Shown: positions 8,225 to 17,971, numbered from the stretch's first letter. The stretch is 64,000 nt of DNA from Candidatus Moraniibacteriota bacterium (GCA_018062205.1 JAGOSP010000002.1:12257-76256); one strand, 5' to 3'. The notes: a model not told the origin generated them from the sequence alone. Translations and numbers: made by a program.

Positions 8225-10099
8225 TTATGGGCGAACGATAAAGAGTCTCCCTGTCACACTCTCTACCGCGTCCTTCCCTTCTATTTTTTGGAAACGTATA
8301 TTATCAAGAAGAAGCTTTATTTTTGTCTTCCCTTGGATTTTTTCAAACACCATATATTTATCCGCAACACTTTTTTGTATATACCTTGGCTGCACCCTGA
8401 AATGCTCGGGTGATGAACTTTCGATTGCTTGTTTCTCCGAAGAATGCTGAGCAAAGAATTGCTGTGATTTTTCAGTGAAATCAAGAGCGATAAGGATTTT
8501 ACCCGTCATGTCCCTCACCTGCAACACTCCATTTTCAAACACGAATTCTTCAACACCATCCTCAGAGATACACAGAGGATTACATGCAAACTGATACAAA
8601 CGAGAAAACCCGCTGATATTCACGGCATCCTTACGCTCAGATTGAAACTCGTAACGCGTATCTCCTGTAAACATTATCGAATCTTCCTGTGAAATGATAT
8701 CTCCGGACCGGAATAGAACAAATACTTCATCGAGAGTCAGCTCCTCAAGAGAAAATCCAAACCGAGTACCGGTAGTATTTAGCCCTCGTATATCCCACAG
8801 ATAACTTACGAGAGATCTGATGCGTTGTTTTTCTTCTTCTGGAATTGAGAGCTCTTCTTCTTGATTCACTACTACGCCATCAACCAAAAGAGAGTTCTTC
8901 AATAACAATGATTCTAATTGACGGGATTGGCTCAACTGAGCGGCAGAAAAAACACTCAAAGGACCAAATGAAAATACAAAGATACTCACCGCTGTTGTAA
9001 AAAAAAGATAGCGAATATCATCACGCACTCTTGTTAAATTGAAAATTGAGATTCCAATCATCCATACGCCAAACAGTATCATCCCTCCCCGATTCGCAGT
9101 CCATCCATATTCCAAGACACGCACAAACACTGCCCCGGAAAGCAAGAAGGCCAAAGGAATCAAGGTAACATAAAATATCTTTGCCATCGGTCGAATCCAC
9201 AATGACTGGTCTCTCCGTGGGAAAAGAAGGAGGCATGTTCCTACCCCAATTAAGGCATACCAAAAAACGAGAAACGCTACTGTTCCCTTCGGCCACTCTC
9301 CGGTAAAAAGTATTCTTCCGCCATACACATAGAGAATACTTCCGTATAAAATAAGCAGTGGCACCAGCACATACTTTGAGAAGATTTCAAGTACATACGG
9401 ATATTCGCCCATCTCCTCCAGACGATCAAACTGTTTCGGGATACCTGCCAAAAAAACAATCGTACTCACAAGTCCAACAATCAGTATCCATATTCGAAAA
9501 TACCACTCTGATTGTATCTGCCACTCAAACAGGTATTGTGTACTCACAAGAGAAATCGTGATACCAACGAAGAGCGTTCCGGTAGAAATTACTGTAAAGA
9601 AAAGCCTTCCTACAAGTTGTCGATTATACTGCCAAAATCCGTTTATCTGGTGCCAAACAAAGTACGGAGCAGAAAACACACAAATCACACTTACAAAAAG
9701 CAAGAGGAATACTTGCGCAAAATCAATACCCCGCAGAGATTCAAATCCTCCCGGAAGAAACCAAAAATATCCCTCCGCAAAGATAATAAGAAGAATACTT
9801 ACTATCGCCTTGTCTTTCCCTAATCGCTCGGCAAATATATACCCAGCCAAGCCAACAAAAAAACTAACCACACAAACAATAATCACTGTTTCGGCCCAAG
9901 AGGGAATTGCGCCCTCAAGAGCATTCGCAGCCAAGCCAGTTGCCAGACATGCGAACAAAACCACCAAAGGAAAACGCTCGATGACTGACCGAATCATATC
10001 TACGCTCAATCTAAGAAATACGAAATTCATGTTCCTGTGATTATCTATTAATTCCCCTCCATTATACTCCTGAATCTCATATACACACCATATCTCCAA
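8225..10099 (-). CDS. Large polytopic membrane protein (>=10 TM) with ~250-aa C-terminal soluble domain, hypothetical
   Basis: 624-aa ORF. Residues ~40-370 are serial hydrophobic helices and the C-terminus is hydrophilic. The true start is possibly the internal MIRSVIERF (~9997). Confidence 0.45.
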   Translation of the reverse strand: MEIWCVYEIQEYNGGELIDNHRNMNFVFLRLSVDMIRSVIERFPLVVLFACLATGLAANALEGAIPSWAETVIIVCVVSFFVGLAGYIFAERLGKDKAIVSILLIIFAEGYFWFLPGGFESLRGIDFAQVFLLLFVSVICVFSAPYFVWHQINGFWQYNRQLVGRLFFTVISTGTLFVGITISLVSTQYLFEWQIQSEWYFRIWILIVGLVSTIVFLAGIPKQFDRLEEMGEYPYVLEIFSKYVLVPLLILYGSILYVYGGRILFTGEWPKGTVAFLVFWYALIGVGTCLLLFPRRDQSLWIRPMAKIFYVTLIPLAFLLSGAVFVRVLEYGWTANRGGMILFGVWMIGISIFNLTRVRDDIRYLFFTTAVSIFVFSFGPLSVFSAAQLSQSRQLESLLLKNSLLVDGVVVNQEEELSIPEEEKQRIRSLVSYLWDIRGLNTTGTRFGFSLEELTLDEVFVLFRSGDIISQEDSIMFTGDTRYEFQSERKDAVNISGFSRLYQFACNPLCISEDGVEEFVFENGVLQVRDMTGKILIALDFTEKSQQFFAQHSSEKQAIESSSPEHFRVQPRYIQKSVADKYMVFEKIQGKTKIKLLLDNIRFQKIEGKDAVESVTGRLFIVRP

Positions 10100-10147
10100 A
10101 AGTGTGCAGGCATACGTTTACTCCGCCATCAAATTCTCAAAACAAAA

Positions 10148-10185
10148 AGGATGGAACTTGTATGTCCCATCCTTTTCTATTCCTT
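10148..10185. terminator. Hairpin plus T-tract (intrinsic terminator for minus-strand gene ending at 10196; also hairpin+T on plus strand)
   Basis: GGATGG-aacttgtatgtc-CCATCC stem-loop. On the minus strand it is followed by TTTTTGTTTTG; on the plus strand it is followed by TTTTCTATT. Confidence 0.5.
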
Positions 10186-10195
10186 TGTGTTATTC

Positions 10196-10846
10196 TTATG
10201 CTTTTTTCGCTGCTGGCTTCTTTTTGACCACCTTTTTTTCATCAGCGACCACTGATTCTTTTGCGGCTTTCTTCGCAGTCTTCATATCCTCAATGATACT
10301 CTGCACCGCATCCTGAACTCCTTCTACATCGATTTTTTTCTTCAATGATTTCCCGGAAATGACAGTTTCAGCATTTTTTAAATTCAGAATATTCAGGATT
10401 TGATCTACCTTGGCACTAACGTCATCCAACTGCCTCTTCAGACCATCAATACGCTTATCTTCCATCGGAGCTTTTGGAGCAACAAAAGAAGGTGCATATT
10501 CCTTACGAGGAAAACGTGCCTCACCGCCTCGATCATCTCTGCGACCACGACTCTCTGGAGCCGATCCTTCTTGAGATCCGAAACAATCCCGACAGTACAC
10601 TGGACGGTCTCCACTTGGACGAAAAGGAATTTCACATGCCTTGTGACACGAAGAACACGTCGCAGGAAACATTTCCTTCGGTCCGCTCTCTCGATCTCCA
10701 CTCCGCTTAAAACTTGGTCTTCCTCCACCAAAACTTGGGCGACCACCACCAAATCCCCCGCCTCTATTTCCTCCGCCAAAACCGCCTGCTTTTCTATATT
10801 CGCCCATAAGAATATGTTCGTTCTTCATAAAATTATCTTCATGCAC
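10196..10846 (-). CDS. RGG-box / CxxC-x17-CxxC zinc-ribbon / Lys-rich tail protein (putative nucleic-acid-binding)
   Basis: 216-aa ORF. N-terminal GGFGGGNRGGGFGGGRPSFGGGRPSF repeats. Exact CSSC-x17-CRDC spacing (CSSCHKACEIPFRPSGDRPVYCRDCF). Central coiled segment. C-terminal KKAAKESVVADEKKVVKKKPAAKKA histone-H1-like tail. The start is probably the internal Met (MGEYRKAGG). Confidence 0.55.
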   Translation of the reverse strand: MHEDNFMKNEHILMGEYRKAGGFGGGNRGGGFGGGRPSFGGGRPSFKRSGDRESGPKEMFPATCSSCHKACEIPFRPSGDRPVYCRDCFGSQEGSAPESRGRRDDRGGEARFPRKEYAPSFVAPKAPMEDKRIDGLKRQLDDVSAKVDQILNILNLKNAETVISGKSLKKKIDVEGVQDAVQSIIEDMKTAKKAAKESVVADEKKVVKKKPAAKKA

Positions 10847-10934
10847 TCTTTCCTAAAATATACCCTCTTGGTATCTGTTTCCTCACAGAAAAAACAATAA
10901 CACAAAACTCTTAAAATTGCAAATAGGTGAAGAT

Positions 10935-10985
10935 ATTTCCTTATAAAAAAAGTGGTCCGCCAGTGCAGATAAAACGACTGACGGA
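10935..10985 (-). terminator. Intrinsic terminator for gene 11011-11346
   Basis: Inverted repeat GGTCCGCCAGT...ACTGACGGACC. On the minus strand it is followed by CTTTTTTTATAAGG. Confidence 0.5.
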
Positions 10986-11010
10986 CCAAACACTGTGAAC
11001 ACAAGGGAAA

Positions 11011-11346
11011 TTAATCGGGAAAATTCATGATCTCAAATATAAACACGACGTTGAACATCGTCACCTTGATCGGTTTTCCTTCGTACACTTCAAATTCCGT
11101 GTTCGTGCAAAGCAAAGCATCGTCAACGTTGGCCGGAACAGAGAGTATGACTTTCGAGCGGGCTCCCCCGTCATTACTATCTTGCACTCTCGTCACCCTT
11201 GCTATCACTAGCGCCGGACATACCTGAGTGAGATACCGACTTGGGTCGAAATTGCTCATTTTCAACACACCAGCACAACCCGGGATCAGAAACCCGAAGG
11301 GTTCCCCGCCAAGATTAGACGTTATCCTGAATACTTTTATAACCAT
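11011..11346 (-). CDS. Hypothetical protein (weak cold-shock/OB-fold-like RNP1 motif)
   Basis: 111-aa ORF. GEPFGFLIPG weakly resembles the CSD RNP1 KGFGFI(T)P motif. Local GC is higher than surroundings. Has its own terminator. Confidence 0.3.
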   Translation of the reverse strand: MVIKVFRITSNLGGEPFGFLIPGCAGVLKMSNFDPSRYLTQVCPALVIARVTRVQDSNDGGARSKVILSVPANVDDALLCTNTEFEVYEGKPIKVTMFNVVFIFEIMNFPD

Positions 11347-11425
11347 TGCGAATCTCCTCTTGTTAAGCTGTTCATCACAAAATTCAGCTATTTTATGATA
11401 GAATAATATTTACACTCTGTCAATA

Positions 11426-12583
11426 TTATGCTCTTCGACTACAAAGACAATCTTTCACTTGACTCGCCGTTTTCGCCCACGAAAATCCGGAAGCCTGTAC
11501 GGGTCCTGCGAGCTGTAATGTCTCCTGAAGCTCCTTCGAAAGAAGCATCTGCCGAAGCGACTGAAGGATTTCTTCAGGTCGATACGGATCAATCAACAGA
11601 GCACTTGTGCCAACTACCTCTGGTAGTGCCGAGGAATGAGAGACAATCACTGGGACGCCACAGGCGAGTGCTTCCAGTGGTGGAAATCCAAATCCTTCGT
11701 ACAATGAAGGATAGACAAAAACACTTGCCAGAGAATACAAGCCTGGCTTATCCTCATCCGCGACAAAGCCAGTCAAAATAATTTTTTCTTTCACAGGAGA
11801 TTGCCGAACACGATCAAAAAATTCCTGAGAATTCCACCCATCTTCCCCAGCAATAACCAGCGAGTACTTGATTAATTCCAGATGTCCACTCGCGTGCATG
11901 GTCTCGAAAGCCTGCAAGAGGGCAATAAGATTTTTCCTCGGTTCTATAGTTCCCAGAGACAAAATAAACTTATATGGGAGATGGTATTTCTCTTGTATTT
12001 TTAAAAGCGAAGCATCATTATGACTCACTGGGCGAAAAATTTCACGCACGCCACTCGGAATAACCGTTATTTTTTTCTGAGGCACCTGGTACACCGCTCG
12101 CAAATCATCAGCTGTTGACTGTGAAATTGCAATCACTCGATGTGCTCGCCGTACGATGCTTCGAAAATTGACAAAGAGATGCCACCATCTTCGTTTCCAA
12201 GAAAATGTTTCTGGGAACAACTCAAACGAAAGATCATGCGCGGTCACTACTAATTTTGTTTTCCGTGAAAGTGCGATGAAATTTAAATTTGGAAGAAAAA
12301 AGGTATCTACCCCTCCAAGCATTCGGTCTACTTGAGGCCATCCAAGATACCAAAAACAAAAATTCAGAAGCTTGTTCGGCCAATGAAAAACACGAACTGA
12401 CACATGGGGATATTTTTTCGTCCAAGAAAAATCTAATTTTGTAGTATCCCAAGCATTTACAAATAACCGATACGAGTTTTCCACGTCCTGTGTAAATAAT
12501 TCTTCCAGCAGGGTCCGCGTATATTCTTCCACTCCCGAATGTACTCTTCCCTGAAGGCATCGTGCATCAATTCCGATTTTCAT
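11426..12583 (-). CDS. Glycosyltransferase family 4 (GT-B, retaining)
   Basis: 385 aa. C-terminal EGFGFPPLEALACGVPVIVS sugar-donor-binding signature. Confidence 0.8.
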   Translation of the reverse strand: MKIGIDARCLQGRVHSGVEEYTRTLLEELFTQDVENSYRLFVNAWDTTKLDFSWTKKYPHVSVRVFHWPNKLLNFCFWYLGWPQVDRMLGGVDTFFLPNLNFIALSRKTKLVVTAHDLSFELFPETFSWKRRWWHLFVNFRSIVRRAHRVIAISQSTADDLRAVYQVPQKKITVIPSGVREIFRPVSHNDASLLKIQEKYHLPYKFILSLGTIEPRKNLIALLQAFETMHASGHLELIKYSLVIAGEDGWNSQEFFDRVRQSPVKEKIILTGFVADEDKPGLYSLASVFVYPSLYEGFGFPPLEALACGVPVIVSHSSALPEVVGTSALLIDPYRPEEILQSLRQMLLSKELQETLQLAGPVQASGFSWAKTASQVKDCLCSRRA

Positions 12584-12598
12584 AACCGTATCTCTCGT

Positions 12599-13243
12599 TC
12601 AAGGCTTACTCTCTTTCATTTTTTGTTTTACTATTGATTGCCTAAACGACCACACAAGAGTGATTGTCCAAAATGCAACAAAGCATCCGAGTAGCCCGCC
12701 TACCCCAACTGCCTTTGGCAAAGACACTCGAGCATCCAGCAATACCGGATCGCTCCCTACAATAACAAACCAGCCTTCTTTCTGCCCATCCTGATTTAAT
12801 CTTTCGGTATAGGTATTCAATACTTTCACAATAGCGTTCGCTTCTTTTTCTAGAACTGACTTTTCGCTCTGAGAAAAAGAAAGTTCAATGACCTGAGAAG
12901 AGAGCCTCTTAGCGCTAATAAGCCTCTTGAGATCACGCTCTGAGCGAAATGAGGCATCTAGTCCAGATTCTTTGAGAATATCTGATACGACACGTGGCGA
13001 TTGAAGCCAGCGAACCACAGTATCGCCAAATCGCTCATCTGCTTGTAATCGGTAGAAATTATCAAAAGTATACTCAGTTGTTGTTTGTGTGCCTTCACGT
13101 CCGACATTTAAAAGCAATGCGGCCTGATACGTAATCGGCTGGCTTACCTGCCATACCAGCGCTATAAAAAATGACGCCACGACAATGAGAGTAAACAGTC
13201 TCCGTTCATTCCAATATATTTTCACAATATCATACAACTCCAT
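12599..13243 (-). CDS. Wzz-like polysaccharide co-polymerase / chain-length determinant (short form)
   Basis: 214 aa. N-terminal TM (LFTLIVVASFFIALVW), ~150-aa periplasmic domain, then C-terminal P-K-x-G-x-G-G-L-L-G TM2 (SLPKAVGVGGLLGCFVAFW) typical of the Wzz/PCP family. Confidence 0.5.
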   Translation of the reverse strand: MELYDIVKIYWNERRLFTLIVVASFFIALVWQVSQPITYQAALLLNVGREGTQTTTEYTFDNFYRLQADERFGDTVVRWLQSPRVVSDILKESGLDASFRSERDLKRLISAKRLSSQVIELSFSQSEKSVLEKEANAIVKVLNTYTERLNQDGQKEGWFVIVGSDPVLLDARVSLPKAVGVGGLLGCFVAFWTITLVWSFRQSIVKQKMKESKP

Positions 13244-13307
13244 ACGGATAGTCTCTTACGGCTTACAGGTTATCTCTCTTTATCACTTCATTCCCACACC
13301 ACACATA

Positions 13308-14423
13308 TCACTCAGCCTGCGCCCGTTTTGCCAAATGCCTTGCAACTTCCTTTTCAATATAGTCTTTCATCTTAGTCTTAAATAGCTCTTTGTCAAAGCG
13401 AAGAACCTGCGAGCGGATATACTGAGGATTAAAGGTCATTTTCTGGAAACGCTCTACTGCGCCAATAATTGCCTCGCTTGTCTGCTCTTCAAAGAACACT
13501 CCCATCTTCCCTTCTTGCATATGTTCGGGAATATCACCCCCCCGATACGCAATCAGTGGTCGTCCCGAAGCCAAGGCCTCTATGGCCACAATGCCAAAAT
13601 CTTCTTCTTGAGGAAACACAAATCCGCGACATTCGGCATAATACTTCGGTAATTCTGACTCGTCCACCCGACCAAGGAACTGAACCGTCGGACCAGCTAA
13701 TCTCTTTAATCGTTCTAATTCGGGACCGCGTCCGATAATCCTCAGTGGCAATTGAAGACGATTAAAAGCCTCGATAGCGATATCGTGACGTTTATAGGCA
13801 ATGAGACGGCCAACCATCAGATAGTAATCCTGCCTCACTACCGAAACAGCGAAACGATTTACATCCACTGGCGGATGAATAACTACCGTTTCTTTTCGGT
13901 AGTATTTTTTAATACGAGCAGCAACAAAATGAGAATTAGCCACAATACGATCAATGCGATCCGCACTCACCCGATCCCAGAGTCGAATCGGATTCATAAA
14001 AAATGGCACGAGTTTCTTCACAAGTCGAGGAAATCCAAAGTCTTCGGTATATTTCTGACAATCATCCCAAGCATAACGCATTGGCGTATGCATATATGAA
14101 ATATGCAATGTTTCTGGTCGAGTGATAACACCCTTGGCATAGCTTGAAGAATCCGACAACACAACATCGTATTTTGAGAAATCAAATTGCTCAATAGCCG
14201 GCGGCATCAGTGGCGGAAACAAACGATGGTGTTTGCGTACAAAACGATATTTTTGCAAGAATGAAGTATAGATTCTTTTGTCAGCAAACACACCATGCAT
14301 CGACTCAGGATCATAAATTAAGGTATAAATGGGCGCATACGGATACAGCTCAGTAAACGCTTCGAGCACTCGTTCTGCTCCTCCATACTGCACCAAATAA
14401 TCGTGTACCAAGGCAATTTTCAT
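13308..14423 (-). CDS. Glycosyltransferase family 4
   Basis: 371 aa. EDFGIVAIEALASGRPLIA motif and GT-B two-Rossmann architecture. Confidence 0.8.
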   Translation of the reverse strand: MKIALVHDYLVQYGGAERVLEAFTELYPYAPIYTLIYDPESMHGVFADKRIYTSFLQKYRFVRKHHRLFPPLMPPAIEQFDFSKYDVVLSDSSSYAKGVITRPETLHISYMHTPMRYAWDDCQKYTEDFGFPRLVKKLVPFFMNPIRLWDRVSADRIDRIVANSHFVAARIKKYYRKETVVIHPPVDVNRFAVSVVRQDYYLMVGRLIAYKRHDIAIEAFNRLQLPLRIIGRGPELERLKRLAGPTVQFLGRVDESELPKYYAECRGFVFPQEEDFGIVAIEALASGRPLIAYRGGDIPEHMQEGKMGVFFEEQTSEAIIGAVERFQKMTFNPQYIRSQVLRFDKELFKTKMKDYIEKEVARHLAKRAQAE

Positions 14424-14435
14424 ATTTTTCGATCA

Positions 14436-14595
14436 ATCATACTGTTCGATTCATCACCCATCCCTCATCTGGATATCGACCATTAATTTTGACAATAGCA
14501 GCATCTATCATTTTCTCTCCAAGTGAATATTCCAAAACGATGCAAGTTTCCCCATGCTGAAATTCTTCTGCTTCCCCGCGTTCAATCTTTTTCAT
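14436..14595 (-). CDS. Mini-ORF (53 aa) with cupin-like motif; possible remnant or unannotated small protein
   Basis: Not in the ORF track (below 60 aa). Translation is MKKIERGEAEEFQHGETCIVLEYSLGEKMIDAAIVKINGRYPDEGWVMNRTV. It is tightly packed between a GT4 gene and the epimerase gene. Confidence 0.3.
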
Positions 14596-14598
14596 AAT

Positions 14599-15552
14599 TT
14601 AAACCTGATAATACTTCCGGTACCAATCGACAAAATTCTTGATACCAACGTCAATACGCGTGGTTGGTTGCCAACCAAGACTCCGAAGCTTATCGATATT
14701 AGCCACCGTACTCATCACATCACCCGGCTGAATTGGCATGAGTTTTTTTCGAGCAGTTTTTCCTGTGCAGGTCTCGATCATCTTGATGAAATCAAGAAGC
14801 GTTTCTTCTTGATCACCGCCAATATTCATAACATCACAAATTAAATTAGCATCAAGTACCGTAAGTGTACCCGAAACAATATCATTAACGTATGTAAAAT
14901 TACGGCTCATCTTGCCGAAATTATATACCTCAATTTCTTCGCCCGCAAAAATACTCTTTGTAAAATGGAAGAGGGCCATATCCGGACGCCCCCATGGGCC
15001 ATATACTGTGAAAAAACGCAGTCCAGTCGTTGGCAATTGATAAATATGACTAAATGTATGCGCCATCAATTCGGTCGCCTTCTTTGTTGCGGCATAAGGA
15101 GAAATAGGCGTGTCTGCGCTATCTGTCTCTGAAAAAGGCGGCGTATTTTTCCCATAAATCGATGAAGATGAAGCATAGACGAAATTCTTGATATGATGTC
15201 GAACGGCGAGGTTTAAAAGATTAGTTGTTCCGAGCACATTCACATCTGCGTATAAAAGTGGGTCTTTGAGAGAATTCCGCACACCAGCCATAGCTGCAAG
15301 ATGAATTATTTTTTCTGGCTGATCCTCTGAAAAAATACGCTCCGTAAATACGGTATCTCTGATATCCCCTTCGCGCAGAATGAAACGCCCTTCATACTCT
15401 CCCAAAAACTGTTCGATTCGATCTCGTTTTAATTGTGGATCATAGTAATCGTTGAAATTATCCAGAAGAATTGGAGTATCTCCTCGCTCCATCAGCGCCC
15501 GAGCACATGCGCTTCCAATAAACCCCGCCCCACCAGTAATGAGTATTTTCAT
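14599..15552 (-). CDS. NAD-dependent nucleotide-sugar epimerase/dehydratase (UDP-glucuronate/UDP-glucose 4-epimerase family)
   Basis: 317 aa. N-terminal MKILITGGAGFIGS Rossmann motif, catalytic YAATKKA (YxxxK), SSSSIYG. Confidence 0.85.
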   Translation of the reverse strand: MKILITGGAGFIGSACARALMERGDTPILLDNFNDYYDPQLKRDRIEQFLGEYEGRFILREGDIRDTVFTERIFSEDQPEKIIHLAAMAGVRNSLKDPLLYADVNVLGTTNLLNLAVRHHIKNFVYASSSSIYGKNTPPFSETDSADTPISPYAATKKATELMAHTFSHIYQLPTTGLRFFTVYGPWGRPDMALFHFTKSIFAGEEIEVYNFGKMSRNFTYVNDIVSGTLTVLDANLICDVMNIGGDQEETLLDFIKMIETCTGKTARKKLMPIQPGDVMSTVANIDKLRSLGWQPTTRIDVGIKNFVDWYRKYYQV

Positions 15553-15572
15553 AGGTGTATTCTCCTCACAAA

Positions 15573-16757
15573 TTAGTATTCTGCTTCAGTATTTTGGTCA
15601 TCATCCGCAGTCGGAAGAAGAACTTCATCAGGGAAAAGCTCCGGGAGACCATCTTGCTCATTCTCCAGCGTATCTAGCTTCCGGTCAACTACTTGAAATG
15701 AACGTTGCTTCCCGCCAACCCTCCGAAACAAAATTTCTGCTTCCCGAATTTCCTTTGCGTATCGAAGCTCAAGAGTTGCGAAGGTCCCCAGAACCGGCTC
15801 GTTCACAAGTGTATCAACAACGAAATAATGAATTCCATTTCGTTCCTCGGCATATCCGTACGGGCTATGCCCAGAAATAACTCCGACGACATTACCAGCT
15901 TTCTCGAGTACTCTCCGTACTGCGGCAGCATTGACGATATTTACCGAGAATACTCCACTTGCACTTGGTGACATCACCGGGGAATGATGAGAAAAAACAA
16001 GCACCGGCCGTTCCGTTTGTAATGCAGATGCTAACCACTCAAGCTCAGCATCACTCGCGAAACCAGTCACGTATTGTTTCGCCCCGCGATCTGAACCGTC
16101 TTTATTGAAATTAGTATCGAGTACGACAAGCCGCCAATCACCTATATCACGAAATGTATGATTATCTTCGAGACCAAGCACCTCGCGAACATCTGCTTTT
16201 GTGAGTGAACGCAAATCATGATTCCCAAGCGCGTACAGCCTTGGTGCTGAGAGCTTTTGAAAAACTGCATTTATCTGAGAGAGTTGTTCTTTTGCCCGCT
16301 CAGGCTTCACTCCAGTGCTTTCAATATAGTCCCCTCCGCCAACAACAATATCAGGATGAAAGACATTGTTTAAATATGTTACCGCCTCCTCAAGTGCAGA
16401 AAGAGCTTGAAGGGTTAATTTGTGTTTCATACGTTTCCGGTACCCATACTCCCAATCAGTCGTAAAACCAATCCTCAAAGAGCTTATCTCTACCGTTTCT
16501 GTTTTTTGCTCAGGAATAGCTGAAACCGCCTGAGGAGAAATCTCTTGCTTATCAAAAAAATAGATCCAGCCTATTATTCCAATATAAAAAACCAAAGCGC
16601 CCGAAAAGAAGGCGCCCACAAGAATCTTCCAATTATATTTTCGGTATTTTATAAAATCCTTCACCTTATGCTTCATCGTTTGTAATAATTTCATATTGTT
16701 CATTCTTAATCTTTCCTCGCAATTTCTTCTGCATAGATTCTCTCTAGAATGAATCAT
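15573..16757 (-). CDS. Membrane-anchored calcineurin-like metallophosphoesterase
   Basis: 394 aa. N-terminal TM (ILVGAFFSGALVFYIGIIGWIYFF) then a metallophosphatase domain with GGGDYIE, LYALGNHD and SHHSP motifs. Confidence 0.65.
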   Translation of the reverse strand: MIHSRENLCRRNCEERLRMNNMKLLQTMKHKVKDFIKYRKYNWKILVGAFFSGALVFYIGIIGWIYFFDKQEISPQAVSAIPEQKTETVEISSLRIGFTTDWEYGYRKRMKHKLTLQALSALEEAVTYLNNVFHPDIVVGGGDYIESTGVKPERAKEQLSQINAVFQKLSAPRLYALGNHDLRSLTKADVREVLGLEDNHTFRDIGDWRLVVLDTNFNKDGSDRGAKQYVTGFASDAELEWLASALQTERPVLVFSHHSPVMSPSASGVFSVNIVNAAAVRRVLEKAGNVVGVISGHSPYGYAEERNGIHYFVVDTLVNEPVLGTFATLELRYAKEIREAEILFRRVGGKQRSFQVVDRKLDTLENEQDGLPELFPDEVLLPTADDDQNTEAEY

Positions 16758-17971
16758 GGGAGACTTCTATATATATTCTCAAGATGACGTGCCGACTTCT
16801 CCCAAGTAAAACTCTCAGCACGCTCACGGTTTATTTTGCCTTGCTGTCTTGATATTGGCATATCATGAAACAAATCAATAATCGCCTCTGCCAGACCAGC
16901 TGCAGATATATTTCGAGCATACTGTCCCCCATTATCCAAATACTCATGGTTATTTTGAGTATCAAAACACACAATAGGTAACCCTGCTCCCATATACTGC
17001 AAGAGCTTTCCGCTTGCCTGTTTTACTACTGCCTCCTTTGGATCAACACCAATATCTGCCAATGCTAAAATTTTCGGTAACACAAAATAGGAAAGCGGAG
17101 AAATAAGAGTAACTCGTGTACGAAAAATCTCAGTCGAAAGATAGGACTCAATTTTATCTATTGGAAATCCGGCAATTACAAAGTGAATCTTCTTCTCTTC
17201 CTGGGCAACCAATGGTATTGCTTCAAGAAAAAAAGTGATTCCTTTATTAGGGATTAGAGCTCCCGTATAAATAACAACTGTCGCGTCTTCTGGTATCCCG
17301 TAGCGTTTTCGAAGTACATTTCGCGCTGGGAGAGACTGAAACATTTCGAGGCGAACCCCATCAAGAATCGTCTCTGTTGGTTTTCCTTGCCGAATACGAC
17401 CTATATCTTTGGTATTTTCCCACGAGCTTGTCACCGAAAAATCACCCAGATTATCAATTAGTTTCTCAAACCACCGAAAAGCCACCTTAAGTACGCCCTG
17501 CCCAAGATACTGATGCGAAACCATTTCCTTCACTAAACTTCCGTGAAAATCCGCGACGAGCTTTATGCCACGCCAAAATAACATTTTTTGCACTATCCAT
17601 CCAATAAGTACGCCTTCATGTAAATGCCCATGAATAATATCTGGGCGTTTTGTCCGCGCCAAAAAAAAAGTTTTTTTAATCAGTAAAAGATCAAGAATAA
17701 TTTTTTGCCAGTCAGGACCGGCCTCAAGTTTCTTGTACCAAAAAAGAAGTCGTCGGATACGGCGAACATCAATTTTAGACCCAAGAAACGAAGGAATGTT
17801 CTTCCCAATATGATAAGTCGCAATCGTCACTGTATGTCCAAGTTTTTCAAGCGCGAGCGCTTCCTCAAGGATCCGTATATGCGTCCCTCGGTCTGAAAAA
17901 AATGGCGTGGGAGCTACGACAAGAATATTTAATTTCTGAGATACATCTACCATAATATCCTCTACTATCAT
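16754..17971 (-). CDS. Glycosyltransferase family 4
   Basis: 405 aa. GT-B fold. C-terminal YMGAGLPIVCFD motif region. Confidence 0.7.
   Translation of the reverse strand: MIVEDIMVDVSQKLNILVVAPTPFFSDRGTHIRILEEALALEKLGHTVTIATYHIGKNIPSFLGSKIDVRRIRRLLFWYKKLEAGPDWQKIILDLLLIKKTFFLARTKRPDIIHGHLHEGVLIGWIVQKMLFWRGIKLVADFHGSLVKEMVSHQYLGQGVLKVAFRWFEKLIDNLGDFSVTSSWENTKDIGRIRQGKPTETILDGVRLEMFQSLPARNVLRKRYGIPEDATVVIYTGALIPNKGITFFLEAIPLVAQEEKKIHFVIAGFPIDKIESYLSTEIFRTRVTLISPLSYFVLPKILALADIGVDPKEAVVKQASGKLLQYMGAGLPIVCFDTQNNHEYLDNGGQYARNISAAGLAEAIIDLFHDMPISRQQGKINRERAESFTWEKSARHLENIYRSLP

Noticed and set aside
10400-10900. 166-aa plus-strand ORF (Thr/Ser-rich)
   Set aside because: It is antisense to the RGG/zinc-ribbon gene. 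Low-complexity translation of the complementary Gly/Arg codons.
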